Of a stretch of DNA of 64,000 nt, positions 56,619 through 64,000 are shown piece by piece. The stretch comes from an uncultured Thermoleophilia bacterium (GTDB lineage Bacteria > Actinomycetota > Thermoleophilia > UBA2241). The translations under genes and the position numbers were made by a program. The DNA is taken from positions 352,001-416,000 of the forward strand of contig CAVPCT010000005.1 in NCBI GenBank assembly GCA_963702475.1, written 5' to 3'. The first letter of the stretch is position 1; each line of letters starts with the position of its first letter. Below the pieces are notes generated by a model, which saw only the letters and a list, made by a program, of their open reading frames with translations, ran no database searches and was not told the origin of the DNA.

Positions 56619-57744
56619 GAGTCACGACCTCCTCGAAGCGCGCGAACATGGCCTGCATCGCGAGCTTCTGGTCGATGTTGAGATACAGGTCCTTGCGCGT
56701 CCGGTCCAACACAGTGAGCAGGCGCGCATAGTGGTCTGGTAGAGCGACCGCCGCTGCGACGAGCTGGTCGGCGCGGTCGCAGTTCCAGAGTACATCGGAT
56801 GCGCCGCAGGCTACCACCCAGAGGTCCCGCACCCACGCCGAGAGCAGGTCCACGGCATCCTGGGCCGCCAGACGGTGCAGGCGGTTCTTCTCCCGCCTGG
56901 TGCGCTTCTCCGCATTGTCCTGGTGGAACTTGAGGTCGCGCTTGTCCTGGAACTGCTGCTCGAGATCGGCGAGCTGCCGCGCGAGCGCCTCGTCCAGCCG
57001 GGTGTCGGTCTCCTGCACGAGGCGCTCGAAGACGCCGATGAACGCGTCGCACGGATCGGGGCCGTCGTCTGCGCGCTGCAGCGCCACAGCCGCCGCCGCA
57101 TGCCTGAGGTACTCCTCACGGCGCCGCGCGCCGCGGGCGTCGCCGGCGAGGCGCGCGGCGTGATCGACGGCGCCGTGGGACAGGCGCGCCAGCGCCTGCG
57201 CCTCGGCGCCCGCGAGCCCGTGGTGGTCGCGCAGGTAGGCCTCCACCTCAGTGTCACCGAGCGGCTGGAAGTCGATCACCTGGCAGCGTGAGACGATGGT
57301 GGGGATCACGCGGTCGAGGCGATCGGTGATGAGCAGGAACACGACATGGGTAGGCGGCTCTTCGATGCTCTTGAGCAGCTTGTTGGCAGCCGCGTCGTTG
57401 AGCTGCTCCACCTCAGGGATGATCCAGACACGCCGGCTGGCGGCGAACGGGCGAAGGGTGAGGTCGACGATGATGGGCTTGACGTGTTCGAGCAGGATCT
57501 GCGGTCCCTCCCGCTCGACCTCGTGAAGGTCAGGATGGGCTCCGCGACGCGCGCGCTCACACTCGGAGCACGCGCCGCAGCCCCGGCAGGAAGTGACGAG
57601 GGCCACCCCGAGCTCGCGTGCGAACGCAGTCTTGCCGAGCCCCTCCGGACCGCTGAGCAGGTACGCGTGACTCAGGGCGTCGTCGCGGACGGCGCGCTCG
57701 AACAGGTCCTTGGCACGCCTCTGCCCCGGGACGCGCTCGAACAC
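56611..57744 (-). CDS. holB: DNA polymerase III delta' subunit
   Basis: HAYLLSGPEGLGK, CGACSEC, HPD, NKLLKSIEEPP, TIVSRC. Confidence 0.92.
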   Translation of the reverse strand: MFERVPGQRRAKDLFERAVRDDALSHAYLLSGPEGLGKTAFARELGVALVTSCRGCGACSECERARRGAHPDLHEVEREGPQILLEHVKPIIVDLTLRPFAASRRVWIIPEVEQLNDAAANKLLKSIEEPPTHVVFLLITDRLDRVIPTIVSRCQVIDFQPLGDTEVEAYLRDHHGLAGAEAQALARLSHGAVDHAARLAGDARGARRREEYLRHAAAAVALQRADDGPDPCDAFIGVFERLVQETDTRLDEALARQLADLEQQFQDKRDLKFHQDNAEKRTRREKNRLHRLAAQDAVDLLSAWVRDLWVVACGASDVLWNCDRADQLVAAAVALPDHYARLLTVLDRTRKDLYLNIDQKLAMQAMFARFEEVVTRA

Positions 57745-57745
57745 C

Positions 57746-58414
57746 TCACTCAGCCCCCGACCGCAGGCCAGCGCCGGCAATGGCCTCGAGGGCCGCGGTC
57801 TCCACGTCGACGGCCACGGCGTCCACATCGCGGAAGCCGTCGATGAGGCGCACGCGCCCGGGATAGCGGCGGGCCAGGACGGCGAAGCCGGCGGCCACCC
57901 GCCGCTGGAGCTCGAGCCCCTCGGCCTCGATGCGATCCGGCGCCGCTCCGGCCCGCGCGAGGCCGACGACAGGGTCGACGTCGATGACGAGGGTGAGGTC
58001 GGGCATGACGCCCTGCAGCCCCGGCTCGTTGACGGCGAGCACCTCGTCCACGCCGAGACCCCGGGCGAAGCCCTGGTACGCGAGTGATGAGTCGACGAAC
58101 CGGTCGAGCACCAGAACGCGCCCGGCCGCCAGAGCCGGCAGCAGCACGCGCTCGACGAGCTCGGCGCGCGCCGCCGCGTACAGGAGTGCCTCCGTCCACG
58201 GCGCGAGCTCGGCCGTGCCGTGCAGCAACACGTGACGCACGGCCTCCCCGGCCGGCGTACCGCCGGGCTCGCGGATGACGGCGCCGGGCGCGTCGGCCGT
58301 GCCCACGGGGAGCCCGCAGGCGGCGAGGCGTGCGCAGAGCAGCGCCGCCTGCGTGCTCTTGCCGCAGCCGTCGCAGCCTTCGAGGGTGATCAGCACGCCC
58401 GGGAGAGCATCCAC
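57746..58414 (-). CDS. tmk: Thymidylate kinase
   Basis: EGCDGCGKST, REPGGT, DRFVDSSLAYQG. Confidence 0.95.
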   Translation of the reverse strand: MDALPGVLITLEGCDGCGKSTQAALLCARLAACGLPVGTADAPGAVIREPGGTPAGEAVRHVLLHGTAELAPWTEALLYAAARAELVERVLLPALAAGRVLVLDRFVDSSLAYQGFARGLGVDEVLAVNEPGLQGVMPDLTLVIDVDPVVGLARAGAAPDRIEAEGLELQRRVAAGFAVLARRYPGRVRLIDGFRDVDAVAVDVETAALEAIAGAGLRSGAE

Positions 58415-58469
58415 GTCGTCTCCTTGCACGGCGGGGTCACGTCGCACGGCGGCACGCACCGCCGCGTGT

Positions 58470-60737
58470 TCAGCTCTGCTTCTTCGCCTTGGCCCGGGCG
58501 CGGAACTCCTCCTTGCTCGGGCAGTCGATGTCGATGCACAGCACCCACGGTCGCCCGCGGCCGCCGGCTCCCACGACCTTGATCTCCGGCCAGCCGCAGC
58601 TCCCGCAGGTCTTGCCGGTGGGCGTGATCGTGCCGCGCTGCGGCAGCGGGAAGGTCTGGCCGCACCCGCGCAGCTGCCGGCCGTCGGGGCCGGTCCGCGG
58701 CTCGTCGCCCTCCTTGCCGACACAGGCGACGAAGCGCTTGCCCGTCTTGCCGCGCAGCACGCGCAGCATGCCGCCGCAGTCCTTGCACTCGCCCAGCGTG
58801 AGATCTTCGCGCTCGCCGCTCTTGATCTTGTCGCGGATGTCGGCGATGTGACCATCGAGAAGCTTCCAGGCGTGCGCCAGCATCTCCTGGCTCTCCGCCA
58901 CGACCTCGTCGCGGCGGAGCTGGCCTTCGCTGATGCGGTCCATCTGCTGCTCGAGCTCCGATGTCATGCCTGGCGACGAGATGTCCACCGGCGCGTCCTC
59001 CATGGCGGTGTCGAAGGCGGCGATGAGCGCCACGCCCAGCTCGGTGGGCTCCACCGGGTTGTCGCGCACGTAGTTGCGGTCGTACAGGTGCTGGATGATG
59101 TCGGCGCGGGTGGCCTTGGTGCCGAGCCCCAGCTCTTCCATCTTCTCGATGAGCCTGCCCTGGCCGTAACGGCCCGGCGGCTGAGTCTCCTTGGCCTCCG
59201 AGTGCAGGTCGTCGACGTGCAACTCGTCGGCCGGCTGCAGCTGCGGCAGCGGGCGGTCTCGTTTTGCGGCGTACTTCTCGTAGACCTCCAGGTACCCGAG
59301 CGACGCGACGCGGGCGCCGTAGGCAAGGAACGGCTCGTCGCCGATGCGCACGTCCACGCGCTGGCGCTCGATGACGGCCGGCGGAAGCAGGGTGGCGAGG
59401 AACCGGCGGACCACGAGGTCGTACACCTTGCCCTGGTCGCCCTCGAGCGCCTTGGCCGGCACGCCCACCGGGTAGATCGGCGGGTGGTCTGTGGTGCGCT
59501 TCTTGCCCTGCGTGGGCACGAGCTTGTCCTGGCCGGCGAGCCGCGACGCCGTGGCCGCGACCGGCGCCCAGCCGACCAGTGTGTACAGGCTGCCACGCAG
59601 GTCGATCGAGGGCGGGTACACCGTGTTGTCGGTGCGCGGGTAGCTGATGAGCCCGTCAAGGTACAGCGACTCTGCGGCGCGCATGGCGCGTGCGGGGGTC
59701 ATGCCCGCGCCTGAGGCCGCGCTCATGAGCGCGGTGGTGTTGAACGGCGCGGGTGGCTTGTCGGGCTTGGCCTCGGCCTTGTACGCGGTGACGACGGCGG
59801 TGTCGGACCGCGCCCGGGCCAGCGCCGTCTCCATGGCCTGCTGCGTGCCGAAGCGACCCTTGGCGTGGGCCACCTCGATGGTGTCGTCACCGCGGCTCAG
59901 CGTGGCTTTGATCTCCCAGTACGGCACCGGGACGAACGCCCGGCGTTCGAGCTCCCGCTCGACGACAAGGCGCAACGTGGGCGACTGGACACGGCCGATG
60001 GAGAGATAGTTGGAGCCGAAACGGTAGGCGGCCAGAGATACGAAACGCGTCAGGACAGCGCCCCAGATGAGGTCGATGTCCTGGCGCGAGTGAGCCGCCT
60101 CGGCCAGGTTGAAGTCGACGGTGGACGGCTTGGCGAAGGCGGCCATCACGTCGTCTTTCGTGAGGGCCGAGTAGCGCACGCGCACGTGCCGGTCGACGAC
60201 GGCCGCGGGCAACATGGCCTTCACGTGCGGATCGCCGTTGTCGGCCGGCTCGGGCGCCGGCTCCGGGGCGGCCGCTGCCTTGCCGCGCCCACCCCTCTTC
60301 TTGCCGGCGCCCGGCTTGTCATCCGGGTGCCGCTTGAGCGCGTCGCCGCGCAGGATCTGGAGAGCCTCGTGCCCGATGAGCTCGCCCTCGCGGTCGTAGT
60401 CGGTGGCGATGACGAGCTCGGTGGCACCCTTGGCCGCGCTCCGCAGAGCCGCCAGCGTGCCCGCGGCGCCGCCGTCGACGACCCACGCGAGATCCGGGTC
60501 CTTGATCATCTCCCCGAGGTGCTTGAGGCTCCAGCGGCGGTACCTGTCAGGGAAGATCGTCTCCATCACGTGCCCGCGAAGACCGATGGCGACGGCGGAG
60601 TCGGCGTCGAGTTCGAAGTGGTACGACCTGACCTTCAGCCGGCCGCGGCCGTGCTCCTTGACGGTGGCTTTGCCGCCGCCGAGGATGTCTGCGATCTTGC
60701 GGGCGGCGTCGGCCTTCTCTGTGACGATGAGCTTCAC
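58470..60737 (-). CDS. topA: DNA topoisomerase I (type IA)
   Basis: TEK, ATDYDREGE, GRVQSPTL, ISYPRTD, GLGTKATR, C-terminal Zn ribbons. Confidence 0.93.
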   Translation of the reverse strand: MKLIVTEKADAARKIADILGGGKATVKEHGRGRLKVRSYHFELDADSAVAIGLRGHVMETIFPDRYRRWSLKHLGEMIKDPDLAWVVDGGAAGTLAALRSAAKGATELVIATDYDREGELIGHEALQILRGDALKRHPDDKPGAGKKRGGRGKAAAAPEPAPEPADNGDPHVKAMLPAAVVDRHVRVRYSALTKDDVMAAFAKPSTVDFNLAEAAHSRQDIDLIWGAVLTRFVSLAAYRFGSNYLSIGRVQSPTLRLVVERELERRAFVPVPYWEIKATLSRGDDTIEVAHAKGRFGTQQAMETALARARSDTAVVTAYKAEAKPDKPPAPFNTTALMSAASGAGMTPARAMRAAESLYLDGLISYPRTDNTVYPPSIDLRGSLYTLVGWAPVAATASRLAGQDKLVPTQGKKRTTDHPPIYPVGVPAKALEGDQGKVYDLVVRRFLATLLPPAVIERQRVDVRIGDEPFLAYGARVASLGYLEVYEKYAAKRDRPLPQLQPADELHVDDLHSEAKETQPPGRYGQGRLIEKMEELGLGTKATRADIIQHLYDRNYVRDNPVEPTELGVALIAAFDTAMEDAPVDISSPGMTSELEQQMDRISEGQLRRDEVVAESQEMLAHAWKLLDGHIADIRDKIKSGEREDLTLGECKDCGGMLRVLRGKTGKRFVACVGKEGDEPRTGPDGRQLRGCGQTFPLPQRGTITPTGKTCGSCGWPEIKVVGAGGRGRPWVLCIDIDCPSKEEFRARAKAKKQS

Positions 60738-60828
60738 GACGGTACCTCACGTGGGATCCGGGCGACCCGGAGCGATGGGAGTTGGAACCACCGCCCGGAC
60801 GCCGGTGGCGAGATGACGTTGGCGGTGG

Positions 60829-61179
60829 TCAGTTGAGCGCGGCGATCGCCTCGTCCAGCGTGGAGTGGATGCTGAACACCCGGTCCAGACCAGTGATGGA
60901 CAGCACACGCTCCACCGCCCGACTCGTGACGACGAGCGACATGGCCCCTCCCGCGCCGTGCACTCTGCGCACGCCGCCGATGAGCACGCCCAGCGCGGTG
61001 GAGTCGATGAACGTCACCGCGCTGAGGTCGACCACGATGCGCTTCGCGCCGCCGTCGATGAGGTCGAGCAGGCGCTCCTTGAGCTGCGGCGCCGTGTACA
61101 TGTCGACCTCGCCGGACACGTAGATGACGCCGGCGTCCGCGTCGCGCCTCTCGGACCTGACCTCGAAGAGCTGGCTCAC
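60829..61179 (-). CDS. STAS anti-sigma factor antagonist (BldG/RsbV-like)
   Basis: GEVDMYTAP, VTFIDSTALGVL, ITGL. Confidence 0.92.
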   Translation of the reverse strand: MSQLFEVRSERRDADAGVIYVSGEVDMYTAPQLKERLLDLIDGGAKRIVVDLSAVTFIDSTALGVLIGGVRRVHGAGGAMSLVVTSRAVERVLSITGLDRVFSIHSTLDEAIAALN

Positions 61180-61865
61180 GGCGCAGAGCTCGACGGGCTC
61201 GGGGTGGGGCTGACGGTGAGCGTGGAGGTGCTCGGACTCGGCGTGGGGCTCGCGGTGGCCTGCTCGAGCCAGTCCTTCACCGCCTGTGCGTCCGGCGAGT
61301 CGGGGTCGAGCTCCAGGAACCTGGTGAACGCCAGCATGGCGGTGTTCTTGTCGTTCGCGTTGATGGCGATGGTGGCAAGGTCGAAGAACCCCTGGGCGTC
61401 CTTCGGCTTGAGGCCGGTGATCTTCTGGTACACGCCCACGGCGCCGGCGAAGTCCTGGAGGTTGAGGTACACCCCTGCGAGCTGCTCGAGCGCGTCGAGC
61501 CGCTTCTGCTTTGCCGCCGCACCCTTCTCCTCCTTAAGGAGCTCGTCGGCCTGTTCGTACGCCTCGATGGCCAGCAGCCAGTCGGTCTTCTGTGCTTCGG
61601 AGCCCTCGGCGCGCTGGTTGGCGCGCAAGGTGTAGTTCTCAGCCAGGCCGAGCCACGCGTCCACGTCGGTGGGGTCGGCGGCGGTCTGCGTCTTGAACGT
61701 GGCGATCGCCGTGTTGATCTGCTCCAGAGCGTCGGAAGTCGTCGCTCCGCTGCAGCCGGTGTAGTTGCTGACGGGGATCATGATGAGGAAGGCAGCCATG
61801 ATGACGGCCATGAAGCCGAACACCCACTTCTGCCAGTACTTGACGCGTTTGCGGTCGAGCAGCAC
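61176..61865 (-). CDS. Membrane-anchored TPR protein
   Basis: N-terminal TM; TPR-like helices; Ser/Pro/Thr tail. Confidence 0.7.
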   Translation of the reverse strand: MLLDRKRVKYWQKWVFGFMAVIMAAFLIMIPVSNYTGCSGATTSDALEQINTAIATFKTQTAADPTDVDAWLGLAENYTLRANQRAEGSEAQKTDWLLAIEAYEQADELLKEEKGAAAKQKRLDALEQLAGVYLNLQDFAGAVGVYQKITGLKPKDAQGFFDLATIAINANDKNTAMLAFTRFLELDPDSPDAQAVKDWLEQATASPTPSPSTSTLTVSPTPSPSSSAP

Positions 61866-63317
61866 TTAGGGGGTCTCCTCTCCTGAGACGGCGGCGGGGC
61901 GCCACCAGCCAGATTCGGCCGCGCCCACCTGCACCCGGCCGGTGCGGACGCGGTCGCGGAGCTTCTCGCGCACGGCCACCGCCGCGCGGCGCACGGCCTC
62001 GGCCGCGATGCGCGTATGGTGGTGGTCGGAGAACAGGACGTCTCCGCCGACCACGGTGAGCAGCACATCGTCCTGGTTGGCGCCGTAGACGAGCGCCGAG
62101 TACGGGTCGTCGATCGGCGCGAAGTGCGAGGTGCCGACGTCAACGGCGATGAAGTCGGCGCACTTTCCCGGCTCGAGGCTGCCGATGTCGGCCTCGAGTC
62201 CCAGCGCCTCGGCGCCGCCGAGCGTGGCGATGCGAACGCACGTCTGCGCGTCGAGCACGGAGACGTCGCGTTCGACGGCGCGGTGCAGGAACAGCATGGT
62301 GCGCATCTCGTCGAACATGTCCATGATGTTGCTGGACGCCGGACTGTCGGTACCCAGGCCGACGCGCACGCCCTCGTGCAGCAGGTCGGCCAGCGGAGCG
62401 ATGCCGCAACCGAGCTTGGCGTTGCTCTTGGGGCAATGCGCCACGGCGGCACCCTTGGCCTTGAGGATGCGGATGTCGTCGCGGTTGACGAGCGTGCAGT
62501 GGACGGCCAGGAAGTCCCGGTCGAACACGTCCCACTGCTGCAGGTACTTGATGGGGCTCACGCCGAACGGCTGCACGAGCATGCGCTCCCAGCCCATCTT
62601 CTCGCGGTAGTCGTGGGCGAACTTGCCCGACCCGGAGCGGACGTAGGTGAGCTCCTCGCGGCTCTCGGCCACGTGGCTCATGACCTTGAGGCCGCGCTCC
62701 CGCGCCAGCGCGGACACGGCCTGGTAGAGACGGCTCGAGGTGGTGTACGGCGCGTGCGGTCCGAGGCCGACGTCGATCGTGGGCGGGGCGGCGGCCTGCG
62801 CCGCGTCCAGCCGCCGCTCGACGTCGGCGAGCGTCTGGTCGAGGCGCTTGTCGTCCACCCCGAAGACCTCGAGGTACAGGCGGCCGCGCAGGCCGGCCTC
62901 GGCGGCCGCCTCGAGCGCGTACCCCCCGTAGCTCGTATCGGCGATGGTGGTGATGCCTGAGGCGATGGCCTCGATCGCGCCGAGCCGCGCGCTGGCCACG
63001 TACTCCTCAGGCGTGAGCGCCGCCTTGACGTCGACGAGGCTGATGATCCAGTCGCCGAACTCGGCGTCGTCGAGGATGCCGCGGAACGACGTGTACTCGA
63101 TGTGACTGTGGCAGTTGACGAACCCCGGCATGACGACCGAGCGGCCGAGGTCGACGAGCGTGGCGTCCGGATGGGCTGCGACGACGCCGGGCGCCGAGCC
63201 CACGGCGACGATGCGCTCGCCCGACACGGCGAGTGCCCCGTCGGCGACCGGTGGCGCCGAGACCGGCAGCACCCAGTCGGCGCGGTAGATGGTGATGTCG
63301 TGACCCGTGGTGACCAC
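61866..63317 (-). CDS. Amidohydrolase (MTA/SAH deaminase-like)
   Basis: PGFVNCHSH, PHAPY, HVAES, HCPKSN, LGTDS. Confidence 0.88.
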   Translation of the reverse strand: MVTTGHDITIYRADWVLPVSAPPVADGALAVSGERIVAVGSAPGVVAAHPDATLVDLGRSVVMPGFVNCHSHIEYTSFRGILDDAEFGDWIISLVDVKAALTPEEYVASARLGAIEAIASGITTIADTSYGGYALEAAAEAGLRGRLYLEVFGVDDKRLDQTLADVERRLDAAQAAAPPTIDVGLGPHAPYTTSSRLYQAVSALARERGLKVMSHVAESREELTYVRSGSGKFAHDYREKMGWERMLVQPFGVSPIKYLQQWDVFDRDFLAVHCTLVNRDDIRILKAKGAAVAHCPKSNAKLGCGIAPLADLLHEGVRVGLGTDSPASSNIMDMFDEMRTMLFLHRAVERDVSVLDAQTCVRIATLGGAEALGLEADIGSLEPGKCADFIAVDVGTSHFAPIDDPYSALVYGANQDDVLLTVVGGDVLFSDHHHTRIAAEAVRRAAVAVREKLRDRVRTGRVQVGAAESGWWRPAAVSGEETP

Positions 63318-63587
63318 CTCGCTCGTGATGTGAGGGCACGACGGGACCCGCGGTGGGTCCCGCACGTGAGCACCGAGTATAGGGGAGCATCTCGCGCAGT
63401 GGCAAACACGGGTGTGAGGGCCCCGGGAGCAACGGCCACGCGGCGGTATACTCCGGGCACGCGACGACGGATGGCCCCGTCACCGGCGACCACAGGAGAC
63501 TCGCGTGCGCCACACAGCCGCCGCCATGTGCCCGTTCACCCGCGTCCCGCGCGGCCCTCGCCGTGCGGTGTCGGCCGGTATCACGCC

Positions 63588-64000
63588 GTGAGGGCGATCG
63601 ACCTCACTGTGGCGACGCGCGACCTGCTCGCGCCCTGCTGCGCTGGTTGCGCGTGGTGGCAGTCCCAGCCCGGCGTGACCCCTGCCCCCGGCCTGCGTGA
63701 CGCGTGGGAACGCGACGCGGAGGCGGAGACCGGGTTCTTCGGCCGGGCACTCCTGGAGGACGGCGCGGTGGTGGGCTGGATGCACACCGCGCCGGCACGA
63801 CTCCTGCCCCGCGCGCTCTCACTCCCCGCGGGACCCCCTTCGGCCGACGCCTACGTGCTCACCTGTGCCTACTTCTACGACGAGGACTACCTCCGCGGCT
63901 TCCACTTCCTGCTGCAGGAGATCACCGCGTCCCTCAAGCACCGCCGGGTCAAGGCGCTGGAGGCCTTCGGACTGGACAAGGCCGGCGTCGGCGATCCGTT
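63588..64000 (+). CDS. GNAT-like acetyltransferase, runs off the right edge
   Basis: Manual translation: CAGCAWWQ...VGWMHTAP...LPAGPPSADAYVLTC...VKALEAF. Confidence 0.6.
   Translation, partial: MRAIDLTVATRDLLAPCCAGCAWWQSQPGVTPAPGLRDAWERDAEAETGFFGRALLEDGAVVGWMHTAPARLLPRALSLPAGPPSADAYVLTCAYFYDEDYLRGFHFLLQEITASLKHRRVKALEAFGLDKAGVGDP

Overview
High-GC bacterial DNA, most consistent with an anaerobic member of the Actinomycetota (Thermoleophilia/Coriobacteriia-like; inferred from the hspR-containing dnaK operon, the STAS-topA-tmk-holB order and ino1/pgsA). The main result is a ~15 kb methylamine-demethylation cluster (5.3-20.5 kb) that the ORF track splits apart. It has three dimethylamine methyltransferase (MtbB) paralogs and one trimethylamine methyltransferase (MttB), each interrupted by an in-frame TAG at the known pyrrolysine (Pyl) position. 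It also has two non-Pyl MttB-family genes, APC/EamA/ABC transporters and a TetR regulator, with a twice-repeated palindromic operator candidate. All four amber codons share the nucleotide context CGGGTTSTAGGYSG although MtbB and MttB are unrelated families. No pylTSBCD or corrinoid protein gene is in the window. Also present: two secreted multiheme cytochromes c, a highly structured intergenic ncRNA candidate (23.6-23.9 kb), an inositol-lipid cluster, a presenilin-like membrane protein, a chaperone operon, two tRNAs and housekeeping genes. Many frameshifts between ~3 and 18 kb may be sequencing errors. All functional calls come from motif recognition by eye; no database search was run.
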